From an uncultured Gammaproteobacteria bacterium (GTDB taxonomy: Bacteria > Patescibacteriota > Microgenomatia > Levybacterales > GWA1-39-11), in NCBI GenBank assembly GCA_964425075.1, contig CAYRKM010000001.1, positions 601,827 to 665,826 of the forward strand: a stretch of 64,000 nt of DNA, in the 5' to 3' direction. Position 1 is the first letter of the stretch, and every line of letters starts with the position of its first letter. Below, in pieces: positions 18,833 through 28,626 of this stretch. The notes beneath the pieces were generated by a model. It ran no database searches. It was not told the origin of the DNA and was given only the letters and a program-made list of their open reading frames with translations. The translations under genes were made by a program, and so were the position numbers.

Positions 18833-21505
18833 ATGCCACAACTATTCAAATCAATATATTTCCCTGATTATAATTCTGACAACAAAGAATCAAAATCATT
18901 TACGTTGGCATTTTCAGATAAGGATCAAGACATTTATGAACTATTAAGGACATCATCGAGCTTAGAGGTAAGAAGTTTATTATCAGTATTTTCATTTTCG
19001 GAATTAATTGATAAAGCTAATCAAGAAAGTCTACCTTTAAATACCTACTGTTTATGGAAAATCAGAAAAAACTTACAAAAGATTACCAGTCAAAATAAAA
19101 CTAACATCCAAACTAACTTATTTCCGCTAGATCCAGTACAGGTTACATTTGAAGGAGGAAAAAACTTACCCCTTCAATCTTGGTATCCCTACCTTGAAGG
19201 ATATTCTCCAGATTTTGTCGAGCACATTATAAAGAATTATTTAACACAGAACACAAGAACAGTTTATGATCCTTTTTCTGGATCTGGAACTACCCCTCTT
19301 GTAGCCTCATCTTTGAAGTATGATTCTTACTATTCAGAAATAAATCCCTTATTGCAATTTTTATCACAAACAAAATTCAGAGCTAAAAACATTAAAGATA
19401 AAAAAAAGACTATATCTAAGCTCACGATAATAAATAACACTCTTAAAAGTAAGATTCTAGCTTCTGATGAAGATATAGATCTTCGAGAAAACTATATTAG
19501 AACCTTTGGAAAGAGTAAGTTTTTCGATGATAAAGTTTTCTCTAACGTTTTAAGGACAAAGACGTATCTTAGGAGACTCGCTAAGCTAGATAGCTTGACA
19601 GCGGATTTAGTATGTACGGCAATCCTAGGAAGTTTAATAAAAGTATCTCTTTTAAAAAGGCAAGGTGATCTAAGGTATAAAACTAAAGATGAATTATCTA
19701 AAACAAAGACAGCTGAATATTTTGAAACTATACAGGCAAATCTGCAAAACATAATAAATGACATTTCGAATCTAAAGAAAGCTCCAGAGCCTATCTTCCT
19801 TACAGATGATGCAAGAAAAATAAAAGATTTAGACAAAATTGGTATAGACGCAGTAATAACTAGCCCCCCCTATCTGAACGGTACTAATTACTTTAGGAAT
19901 ACAAAGTTAGAGTTATGGTTTTTGGGATATTTAAAATCATTAAGTGATTTGACTGACTTTAGGCAACAGGCAGTAACTGCGGGTATTAATGACGTCTCTT
20001 TAAAAATTGAAAAGCAAATAGAAAATGAACTTCTTAAGGAGCTTTTGAAAGAAATTAATAAATCTGCATACGATCGAAGAATTCCTAAAATGATTCATGA
20101 TTATTTTGCAGATATGCAAACTATCTTTGAAGGATTAAAGAAACATTTAAATGATAATGCAGTTTTGGCTATCGATTTGGGAGATTCAATTTACAGTAAT
20201 GTTCATGTTAGAACTGACGAAATCCTGATTTCAATATTAAAACAATTAGGATATGAATTTGAGAGAAGCATTGTTTTGCGAAGACGGATATCCAAGAATG
20301 GCGAAGAACTGAGACAGGTGTTATTAATATTTAAATATAGACAATCCAAGCAGCCCAAAATAATCCCTATGAATAAATCTAATAAATGGGATCAGGATTG
20401 GAGTAAGTTTAAAAACGATTTGCCTCATCAGCAAATTCCATTATCAAAGAGAAATTGGGGAGATCCTATACATTCTTTGTGTTCATATCAAGGTAAGTTA
20501 AAGCCTTCTATTGCTCATATGTTAACCTCGATTTTTGTACCACCTAATGGCTCAGTATTAGATATTTTTGCAGGAGTTGGAACTATTCCACTAGAAGCCT
20601 CTCTCCAAGGAAAAAAATCATTTGGATTTGATATAAGTGCTCCTGCTGTTGCGATATCAAGAGCAAAATTATCTAAGATTTCAAGCGATAAAACTTATGA
20701 AATAATAAATGATCTTGAACAATATATTTTAAGCGGTAGAACTGACAAGTCTGAGCTTTCAAAAGCCCAAACATTTGGATTCAATAAGAAATTAATCGAT
20801 TACTTTCATCCAAATACATTAAAAGAGATTTTGTTAGCACGGGAATACTTCGGGAAGATAGGATATGATACACCAGAAAAGTCTATAGTTCTTGCCTCTA
20901 TTCTTCACATTCTTCATGGAAATAGACCGTATGCATTGAGTAGAAGATCTCACGGAATTACACCCTTTGCGCCTACAGGCGAATTTGAATATAAAAACCT
21001 TATAACTAAACTCAAAGAAAAAGTTTCCAGATCATTAAAATATGTTGATAGAAGTAATTTTGTAGAAGGAAATATGTATTTTCAAAATGCTCTAAATGAG
21101 TGGCCTAAAGAGATAAAGAATTTAGATGCAATCATCACAAGTCCGCCTTTCTTTGATAGTACGAGATTTTATCTTTCTAATTGGATGAGGATATGGTTTG
21201 CTGGCTGGGATGAAGAAAACTTCAAAACAGACTCTGTCGATTTCATAGAAGAATTACAAAAGAAAGATTTTTCCGTATATGACTCAATTTTTAAACAAGC
21301 CCGTGAGCGATTGAATAAAAATGGCGTATTTGTGATGCACTTAGGGAAAAGTAACAAGTGTAATATGGCAAAAATATTATCAGAAAAATCCAAGCCGTGG
21401 TTCAATACTTACGATATCTTTGAGGAAAGTGTAAGGACGGGAGAATCACATGGAGTCACAGATAAAGGAACAGTAGTCGACCATCAATATTTGGTATTAA
21501 ATTAG
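18833..21505 (+). CDS. Tandem two-domain DNA methyltransferase (two alpha-class N6A/N4C MTase domains)
   Basis: Motif I VYDPFSGSGTT + motif IV ITSPPYLNGTNYF in first half; VLDIFAGVGTIP + ITSPPFFDSTRFY in second half. Confidence 0.8.
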   Translation: MPQLFKSIYFPDYNSDNKESKSFTLAFSDKDQDIYELLRTSSSLEVRSLLSVFSFSELIDKANQESLPLNTYCLWKIRKNLQKITSQNKTNIQTNLFPLDPVQVTFEGGKNLPLQSWYPYLEGYSPDFVEHIIKNYLTQNTRTVYDPFSGSGTTPLVASSLKYDSYYSEINPLLQFLSQTKFRAKNIKDKKKTISKLTIINNTLKSKILASDEDIDLRENYIRTFGKSKFFDDKVFSNVLRTKTYLRRLAKLDSLTADLVCTAILGSLIKVSLLKRQGDLRYKTKDELSKTKTAEYFETIQANLQNIINDISNLKKAPEPIFLTDDARKIKDLDKIGIDAVITSPPYLNGTNYFRNTKLELWFLGYLKSLSDLTDFRQQAVTAGINDVSLKIEKQIENELLKELLKEINKSAYDRRIPKMIHDYFADMQTIFEGLKKHLNDNAVLAIDLGDSIYSNVHVRTDEILISILKQLGYEFERSIVLRRRISKNGEELRQVLLIFKYRQSKQPKIIPMNKSNKWDQDWSKFKNDLPHQQIPLSKRNWGDPIHSLCSYQGKLKPSIAHMLTSIFVPPNGSVLDIFAGVGTIPLEASLQGKKSFGFDISAPAVAISRAKLSKISSDKTYEIINDLEQYILSGRTDKSELSKAQTFGFNKKLIDYFHPNTLKEILLAREYFGKIGYDTPEKSIVLASILHILHGNRPYALSRRSHGITPFAPTGEFEYKNLITKLKEKVSRSLKYVDRSNFVEGNMYFQNALNEWPKEIKNLDAIITSPPFFDSTRFYLSNWMRIWFAGWDEENFKTDSVDFIEELQKKDFSVYDSIFKQARERLNKNGVFVMHLGKSNKCNMAKILSEKSKPWFNTYDIFEESVRTGESHGVTDKGTVVDHQYLVLN

Positions 21506-22548
21506 TATCCTAAAAGTTTTTTATTTGCGTCAGAAAGTTGTTCGACTAAATTATAGTCTTCAAGTAATTTCTTAATATCGTCAATTCTCCTACTTAAGTC
21601 CGTTGCAGATCTCACTGTCAGTAATCTTGTTACACACGCATTTACATCAATACGAGGATTAAGAATAGGCTCTCTTTTTGATATTAGCGATAAATCAGCT
21701 CCTGTAATCTGAGCTAAGCGTATAAGTTCCTCATTGGTATAAAAATCACTAGGCCACTTGTCGTTTTTCGCTGCATTTGCTTTTGTTGAGAGTAATGCTG
21801 CATTTTGTGAACTGAGAGGATAAAGCCACCTAGATGGCAAAATGTGATCGATTGCCCACGATCCTCTATCAGATTTGTCAATAATGATACCGGTTTTAAA
21901 ACATTTAGAATCAAATCGTTCAAACAATTCGTCTAAATCGACGGTTTGATTCTCACCCTCAAGTAGTAATTCAGCGGCTCTACGTTTGCTGGAAGATTCA
22001 TGTAGTTGTTGTTGCGTTCTTAGTGGGTTTAAGGTTGTGTTAATAACGGCTTTACAGCTTCTGCATTCAAGTTGTTTCTCCAGAGGTCCCCATCCAACGT
22101 GACGATCGAACGCCGACCCGGGAAGAACTCTACCACAGGTTCCGCACTGTTTCCAATAATTAGCTTTATCTGCTACTGCAATTCTAAAAAACGCTCTCCA
22201 AAATCGTTCTATATGCAAATCTCCTGGTAGGGTGTATTCTTCCTTCCAGTTTGTAAAAGGTGTTTCCTTGCCTGACGCATCAGTTAATGGTAATCCTGAC
22301 TGTCTTGAGTGAATATATCCACAAAAATCACATTTCCATTCTTCATTATCGTAAGCTTCTGTTTCCGATAGCAATCGTTCACCAATAGAATGCTTGTTAA
22401 GCATGTTACAACGTAGGCAATTAAAAATTACCCAGACATCATTGGGTTTTGCCCCAGCAATCCTAGGAATTTCCGTCCTGTTTGTAGTTGATCTTCTTGG
22501 CATATTGTTGCTTGTATTATATCCTAAGTGCCTTCTAAAGAAAAACAC
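21502..22548 (-). CDS. HNH-family endonuclease with zinc-ribbon (candidate restriction endonuclease partner of tandem MTase); start uncertain
   Basis: Multiple CxxC pairs (CLRC, CDFCGY, CGTCG, CRSC) and AIDHILP...N HNH-like motif; convergent and 4-bp overlapping with MTase. Confidence 0.55.
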   Translation of the reverse strand: MFFFRRHLGYNTSNNMPRRSTTNRTEIPRIAGAKPNDVWVIFNCLRCNMLNKHSIGERLLSETEAYDNEEWKCDFCGYIHSRQSGLPLTDASGKETPFTNWKEEYTLPGDLHIERFWRAFFRIAVADKANYWKQCGTCGRVLPGSAFDRHVGWGPLEKQLECRSCKAVINTTLNPLRTQQQLHESSSKRRAAELLLEGENQTVDLDELFERFDSKCFKTGIIIDKSDRGSWAIDHILPSRWLYPLSSQNAALLSTKANAAKNDKWPSDFYTNEELIRLAQITGADLSLISKREPILNPRIDVNACVTRLLTVRSATDLSRRIDDIKKLLEDYNLVEQLSDANKKLLGY

Positions 22549-22692
22549 CTATGATTGGAATTCGAACCGCAACCTCGGTATTCAGATGTTTAAAGGTGTG
22601 AATAGTGAGGGTACGGTGAGATACTAACACGTGCTTGCTGAGAGGCTCGGTCTAGAACCTTCTTATCCTTATAACGATTGTCTCACATCAAG

Positions 22693-22730
22693 GCTAAATG
22701 AGACAAACGAGACACTATAAAAAAGGGTGT
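22693..22730 (+). repeat. Copy A of conserved hairpin motif (aGGCTAAATGAGACAAAyGAGACACyATAAAA)
   Basis: Near-identical 38-nt stretch also at 53786-53822; contains GTCTCA...TGAGAC stem. Confidence 0.6.
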
Positions 22731-22788
22731 CTTATTTTCTATAATATCCCATAACAACACAACAGATAAATGATATATTTTGATATAG

Positions 22789-23382
22789 TTGTGTTTCTGC
22801 CCTTTAATTATGGCAAGGGCAAGAAAATATACAACATTTAATAGGGCAAGGCTTATGTTATTTACTCATTCATATGCCTGTTATGCTATTACTTGCCATG
22901 TAAAAACGAAATATAAAATTAATGATAACCTAACGCCACGAGAATTACGAAAGAGATATATCAATAAGAGAATTATTCCAGAAATTTCTAGGCTTTCTTA
23001 TTCGCTACATTTTGACTACGAAGTTCTATGGAGAGCAATACTATTGAATAAAAAGCCGCTACTGAGTAAGCAGGTAAGAAGCAGTGATGGAATTAGGTTA
23101 TATCTTGCCATCGAGGACGAACTGATTGCTCTTGCCGAATCAAAAAGGCACAGATCACGAGACTTTTTCGACCCTGATTATGAAAATGAATATGCGCTAC
23201 TCAGTATTGCAATAGAACGAGCAGCAGGAAGTCTTCTTAATGACGTAGAGGATGACTTTGTCTTTGATCAGCAATGTGAAGAAATGAAGAAGATATGTTT
23301 CAAGTGGTATTACAAAATTGCGTATCGATATAAACTGCCGACAACAAGAATTGTCCCGTTTGTTTTGAGACTTATCAGCTGA
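22789..23382 (+). CDS. Hypothetical protein (start uncertain)
   Basis: ORF only; convergent with helicase gene, 4-bp gap. Confidence 0.35.
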   Translation: MCFCPLIMARARKYTTFNRARLMLFTHSYACYAITCHVKTKYKINDNLTPRELRKRYINKRIIPEISRLSYSLHFDYEVLWRAILLNKKPLLSKQVRSSDGIRLYLAIEDELIALAESKRHRSRDFFDPDYENEYALLSIAIERAAGSLLNDVEDDFVFDQQCEEMKKICFKWYYKIAYRYKLPTTRIVPFVLRLIS

Positions 23383-23385
23383 AGT

Positions 23386-26300
23386 TTATTGACTGGCTAT
23401 CACTTCTAAGTTTATTGCGTGTGTTTCTTTAAGATAATTTTCTGTAACGGCGAGTAGTTCTAGTTGACTATTACTTGCTTGGTTTTTAGATAAACCTGGC
23501 TGAACAACTGTGATTGTAAATTCAGGAATAAGATAAGGTACTTTATTTCTTATTTCTTCGAGTTTTTCTAAATCACCTTTTTCAAATCTTGAAACCAATC
23601 CTTTCTTTTGTCGACTCACCTCACGTAAAGTTAAGTGATCGATAAGTTTTTGTATATCATCTCTCCAATGAACACTTTTTTGTGCTTGACCGCAAACTGC
23701 ATATAGATCTTCGACTCTTGCTCCGGGAGTGGCAGATTGGGAGAACTTACAATGGTATAAATCAACTATTAATTTCTCCTCTGTCATTTTAATTCCTATT
23801 ACATCCGCAGCTTCATAGGAATCGTCATCGTCAAAAACGACATCATATTGTGAATCGTGGGTATCCTTTAGTGCCTCTTGTATGACTCGATATTGTATTG
23901 AGTCAGTATCTTTATTTACTGTCTGCGATTCTTTACTCAAATCAATACCATTCCAGTCCCATATTTGAATCTTATCCTTATCAAAAGGTGCAGGCGGATC
24001 AGCAGGATTTTCAAAAAGAACGTTGTATTGTAGGTATGAATCGTTTTCAAAACGAACAATAGGAGAATTCTCTTTTAACCAATCAGGAAGGGATTGTGGT
24101 TTTCTCGCAATTATAATTTGTGCAGTGTCTTGCCCAGTCGGTAAATACTCAACATTGTTATTATTAAATGCAATTTTATATTCAACACTTTTGTTTTCAC
24201 TAAAAACCTGGAACTTTATTGGGCCTGTTTTATTAAAGTCCGTTAACTCAATACCTGCTTCATACAATGGAATCGTCTCTCCCGCGATATTTAGTTCAAC
24301 AGTTTCCTCGCTTTTCAAGAGTAAGTCTTCTGGCCACTCTATTGTTAGCGGTACGAGGTTTGGCCGTTGTGTTATTAAAGTTGGGCGCAATACATATTTA
24401 AGAATATCTGTTGCAGAAAAAGTATCATCAAGTAATTTTGTGCCTGTTTTTCGGCACCATTCAATCCATTCCGAGATATCATCTGCTATTTTATAAGACC
24501 AAATCCTCCCTTTGTAAGATGACCCGATGCTTGTTTTACTACCATTCTCAAAACCTCTTCCAAAAAGATTGGATTTAATCCTATTTTGTTGCTGAGCGTC
24601 CGAGATTGCTGATAGTATGTCTGATCCAACATACATTGTGAATCGCATTGCTCGATTTAAGGAATGTGTTAAGCCAAGATTCATAAGGCTTAATCTATTG
24701 ATCCCAGAGAGAGTACGAAACACTTGTTCTCCACGAACTATTTCAACATCATCGCCACAAATAGCTTTTGCTAATTCCCCATGGAAGGACCTGTTGTTTG
24801 AGCTATTGATAAATAATAATTTTTGAGCTTCATCCCAATGAATCAAATACAGATCCCAAATCGTATTATGGATATCCTTAAAATTGCCCCAAGAAATTGG
24901 TTCTTTCTCGCAGGTAACAAAGAACACGACTTTTTCTCCTTGATTTACAGTAGGGTCAATAAAAAGCCTAGATTCTTTTACTACTTTTGGTATGTTTTCG
25001 GGAGTCCACCGCGTATTATTTGTTTTATAAACAACAGTGCTCATTTTAGGCAAAATATTTTGAGGTAAGAATTCTGGAGGCAAATCCACAAATCCTTCAA
25101 AAAACTGAGATAGCTTTTCCTGTTTGGTAGTCGCTCCTTCACTTAAGTTCCGTAGTAATTTATCCCAATCAGCATCTTCTGCATATAAGTCTTTTAACGC
25201 TTCTTCAACACCAGGGTTGGCGATATTTGCAACAATCGTTGCGGAACCAATATTTGGTTTTGTTCTTGTAAATCTTCCTGTAAACTGCAATGTAATGGCA
25301 AGACCTTTATGCACATCATGGAGTGCTGCAATTTTTAATTCAGGTAAGTCAAAACCTTCTCCAAACATGTCAACACATACAATAATTCTTGATTTTCTTT
25401 CATTTATTTCATTAAGAGATTGGCGTTTTTCAGCCACTTTTTTCTTACTATGAAAAAGTTGAGGATTATGATTTGCGCCGTGTTGTTGGTAAATAGCAAA
25501 TATATCTCGCGCACGAGTTATACTATCTGCTCGCGCCAAGATAATATGGTCTAGATTTTGTGCAAGGTCTTCTTCCAGCTTTTTGATTGCTCTTTTGGCA
25601 ATAGTCTCATCGGCACGTTGTTTATTATAATCTCTTACACCAATAAAACTGATTTGCTTGAAATACCCTTCGCTTTGCGCTTTTCGTAATGGATAATTAA
25701 AAATTACCTTTCCATCAATATGTCTTCCATCTCCTCTAAAAGGTGTGGCGGTAAATTGTAATATGGTTTTTTCTTTGAAGAATTTTCTGAATTTTTGCCA
25801 AGTTGGTGCTGAAATATGATGTGCCTCATCTATAAAAAGGTACGTAGCTGTTCCAGCCATTGCCTTTTGAATTTCTTCTGAGCATCCACCTACTATTGCC
25901 ATTGTCGTTATCACCACATTGCATGACCCAAAAAATTTATTTACCTCATCTACTGTTTTGAGTCGATGCTCGAGGGTCCCCACGATAGGATTTTCTGCTT
26001 TCCTTCCAACAGCTCCAATTTTTCTTAATAATCCGAGACCTAGGAATTTATTCGTGATCTGATCTCTTAGCGCATCTGTTGGTACAACTACTAGGATTTT
26101 ATCTATTCGCTCGCAAACCATAAGTGCAAGCATTGTTTCCGTTTTTCCTGTACCAGTAGGCATAACAATGGTGGCTGATGCGTTTGTTACTTTCCAATGA
26201 GCGAGTGCGGCATGGAGTGCACCGATTTGGGGCGGACGCAATCCTTCTTCAAGAATTTGATCATTTTCTCGTTTTTCTTCGACGAAAGAGAATTGCTTAT

Positions 26301-26466
26301 CCCAGGATTTAATTACTTTTTCGCAAGATCTGGGGAATGTAGCAATTCTTCTATTACTAAGTGTTAACGCTCTAGGTTTATCGCCGGAAAATGTAGCAGA
26401 TTTATTAACCTGCCTAATAGGATTACCTAATACTTTTGTGTTGATTATAAATTGATCATTATTCAC
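23386..26466 (-). CDS. SF2 helicase (DEAH, Type III Res-like) with ~500-aa C-terminal extension containing a PD-(D/E)xK-like motif
   Basis: Motif I MPTGTGKT, motif II FIDEAHH, motif III TATP, motif VI QFTGRFTR; C-terminal DVIGIKMTEEK pattern. Confidence 0.75.
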   Translation of the reverse strand: MNNDQFIINTKVLGNPIRQVNKSATFSGDKPRALTLSNRRIATFPRSCEKVIKSWDKQFSFVEEKRENDQILEEGLRPPQIGALHAALAHWKVTNASATIVMPTGTGKTETMLALMVCERIDKILVVVPTDALRDQITNKFLGLGLLRKIGAVGRKAENPIVGTLEHRLKTVDEVNKFFGSCNVVITTMAIVGGCSEEIQKAMAGTATYLFIDEAHHISAPTWQKFRKFFKEKTILQFTATPFRGDGRHIDGKVIFNYPLRKAQSEGYFKQISFIGVRDYNKQRADETIAKRAIKKLEEDLAQNLDHIILARADSITRARDIFAIYQQHGANHNPQLFHSKKKVAEKRQSLNEINERKSRIIVCVDMFGEGFDLPELKIAALHDVHKGLAITLQFTGRFTRTKPNIGSATIVANIANPGVEEALKDLYAEDADWDKLLRNLSEGATTKQEKLSQFFEGFVDLPPEFLPQNILPKMSTVVYKTNNTRWTPENIPKVVKESRLFIDPTVNQGEKVVFFVTCEKEPISWGNFKDIHNTIWDLYLIHWDEAQKLLFINSSNNRSFHGELAKAICGDDVEIVRGEQVFRTLSGINRLSLMNLGLTHSLNRAMRFTMYVGSDILSAISDAQQQNRIKSNLFGRGFENGSKTSIGSSYKGRIWSYKIADDISEWIEWCRKTGTKLLDDTFSATDILKYVLRPTLITQRPNLVPLTIEWPEDLLLKSEETVELNIAGETIPLYEAGIELTDFNKTGPIKFQVFSENKSVEYKIAFNNNNVEYLPTGQDTAQIIIARKPQSLPDWLKENSPIVRFENDSYLQYNVLFENPADPPAPFDKDKIQIWDWNGIDLSKESQTVNKDTDSIQYRVIQEALKDTHDSQYDVVFDDDDSYEAADVIGIKMTEEKLIVDLYHCKFSQSATPGARVEDLYAVCGQAQKSVHWRDDIQKLIDHLTLREVSRQKKGLVSRFEKGDLEKLEEIRNKVPYLIPEFTITVVQPGLSKNQASNSQLELLAVTENYLKETHAINLEVIASQ

Positions 26467-26539
26467 GGTGTTTTGAAGCTGTTCCTTTTATTAGCTGAAT
26501 TATATACAATACGAATGTATAAAGCTAGAATTATGGGCT

Positions 26540-27283
26540 ATGAAAAAAGACTATTTTGCTGAAAAAACGAAGCGACTGAAACAGGAAATAAAAGTGCTTG
26601 TCAGCAGACCTGCATTTCAGAAAGAAATTGCTGACCTCAGGAAAAAATGGAATATTCCTTCCGAAGGAATAAAGAATGAGGATGACAATTTAGAATGGAA
26701 TCATAAGCTTGATATTGCAACTGACGAGTATTACAAAACAGAATGGCCGAAGTGTCGAGCAGAGATTGATAGCTTAAATAAAGAGAAAAAGTTCCTAGAA
26801 GCTGAGGATAAAAGAAAAGAGTGTAACGCTAAAGCTCCAATGCATGCATTTCGTGAGGATGTATGGGGTGTCGTCAGAAAATATCGCCTTTCTCCACGTT
26901 GGCACACTGGTATTCGTCGCTACCTTTTATTTAATGATCCCGATAATCTGAACTTGACCGCAGGAGTAACTATGGTTACGACATGGGAAAACGGTATGAA
27001 AAGACTTTCGCTTGAAATTGATGGCGATACGACCCTCAATGACATCAGGCATATTTGGCCGTGGGTGAAGCGAATGCAGAAAGATTTAATGTATAGGAAG
27101 GCTGATAAGTTCCAGCCTATTAAGAACTTTGACCGAGATCAAAGAATTTATGAGCTTGAACAAGAAGGAAAGTCGGAAAAGGATATTGGGGATATCATAC
27201 AGCAAGAATTTGGTGACTCACTTGATTACAACGAAATAAATATAGCTATCAACCGCTACAAGAAACGCCTCAACATCAATTAG
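26540..27283 (+). CDS. Hypothetical protein (phage-like, basic/acidic mixed)
   Basis: ORF only. Confidence 0.4.
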   Translation: MKKDYFAEKTKRLKQEIKVLVSRPAFQKEIADLRKKWNIPSEGIKNEDDNLEWNHKLDIATDEYYKTEWPKCRAEIDSLNKEKKFLEAEDKRKECNAKAPMHAFREDVWGVVRKYRLSPRWHTGIRRYLLFNDPDNLNLTAGVTMVTTWENGMKRLSLEIDGDTTLNDIRHIWPWVKRMQKDLMYRKADKFQPIKNFDRDQRIYELEQEGKSEKDIGDIIQQEFGDSLDYNEINIAINRYKKRLNIN

Positions 27284-27333
27284 TCACAATTGTTGTTTAT
27301 ACACAAGCCCTTTTTCATCCTATTATTGATAGT

Positions 27334-28626
27334 ATGTTGAACGCACATACTAAACAAGAGAACCCATATTCTATCGTTTATGTTTCAGCTCAAGAACTTC
27401 GCCCCGCTGAATACAATCCAAGAAAATGGGATGAGGAAGCTGCCAAGCAATTAACGGAGAGTATTAAGCGCTTCGGATTGATAGATCCCATTATTGCGAA
27501 TGGTGCATCTAATCGAAAAAATATTGTAATTGGTGGACATTTCAGACTCGAAGTAGGAAAAAGACTAGGTATAGAAAAAGTACCTGTGGTTTATGTTAAT
27601 ATCCCCAATCTTCAGAAGGAAAAGGAGTTGAATCTACGTCTTAACCGCAATACTGGAGAATGGGATTTTGAACTTCTGAAATCATTTAATGTCGAGCTGT
27701 TACTTGATGTTGGATTTGATGATAGCGATCTTTCACACATTTGGGATGATAACTTGGGAGTCGAAAATGACGACTTTGATGTTAAAAAAGAAATTGAAAA
27801 GATCAAAGAACCAAAAAGCAAATGGGGAGATATATACCAGCTTGGATCGCACCGACTTATTTGTGGAGACGCGACAGATCCCGAAGTACTCAAAAAGCTA
27901 GTACAGGATGACAAGATATCCATGCTCTACTGCGATCCCCCATATAATATCTCGCTCGATTACAGCAACGGGATTGGAACAAATGGAAAATATGGCGGGA
28001 AAACGAATGACAAGAAATCTGAAGAAGAATATAAAGCGTTTCTCAAGAAAACGCTTGAAAATGGGCTATCAACTGCTTTTCCTGATGCACACGTGTTTTA
28101 TTGGTGTGATGAAAATTACATTGGACTAATCCAGGGAATATACAAGGAACTTGGGATTATAAACAAACGAGTTTGTCTTTGGATTAAGAATAACCAGAAC
28201 GTCACTCCACAAACTGCATTTAATAAAGTGTATGAACCATGCGTTTATGGTATTCAAGGTAATCCGTATCTTTCCGAATCAGTCAAAAACCTGAATGAGG
28301 TTCTCAATAAAGAGGTAGGAACAGGAAATCGACTGACAGATGATATCCTTGACCTTTTTAATATATGGCTAGCAAAACGTCTTCCTGCACAAGAATACGA
28401 ACATCCGACAGAAAAACCACCAACACTCCATGAAAAAGCATTACGTCGTTGCACGAAAGCTGGAGACATCGTGCTTGATGTATTCGGTGGCTCCGGATCT
28501 ACTCTCATTGCGTGTGAACAACTCAAACGCAGAGCATATCTTTGCGAAATTGAGCCTATTTTTTGTGACCTTATTATCAAGCGCTTCGAGAAGTTGACTG
28601 GACAGGAGGCAAAGCTATGCAAATAA
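27334..28626 (+). CDS. ParB-like nuclease domain fused to beta-class DNA methyltransferase
   Basis: N-terminal ParB/Srx fold (VIGGHFRLEVGKRLG); motif IV CDPPYNI then motif I VLDVFGGSGSTLIA. Confidence 0.8.
   Translation: MLNAHTKQENPYSIVYVSAQELRPAEYNPRKWDEEAAKQLTESIKRFGLIDPIIANGASNRKNIVIGGHFRLEVGKRLGIEKVPVVYVNIPNLQKEKELNLRLNRNTGEWDFELLKSFNVELLLDVGFDDSDLSHIWDDNLGVENDDFDVKKEIEKIKEPKSKWGDIYQLGSHRLICGDATDPEVLKKLVQDDKISMLYCDPPYNISLDYSNGIGTNGKYGGKTNDKKSEEEYKAFLKKTLENGLSTAFPDAHVFYWCDENYIGLIQGIYKELGIINKRVCLWIKNNQNVTPQTAFNKVYEPCVYGIQGNPYLSESVKNLNEVLNKEVGTGNRLTDDILDLFNIWLAKRLPAQEYEHPTEKPPTLHEKALRRCTKAGDIVLDVFGGSGSTLIACEQLKRRAYLCEIEPIFCDLIIKRFEKLTGQEAKLCK

Noticed and set aside
22394-22627. 77-aa ORF spanning the HNH gene start and intergenic repeat region
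   Set aside because: Overlaps the 5' end of the minus-strand HNH gene and the conserved intergenic motif; hydrophobic low-complexity translation, likely spurious.
22549-22640. tRNA-like T-arm signature (GGAATTCGAACC) suggesting a minus-strand tRNA just upstream of repeat copy A
   Set aside because: Could not fold a cloverleaf in either orientation; the T stem does not pair and no acceptor or anticodon arms are found. Treated at most as degraded tRNA debris.
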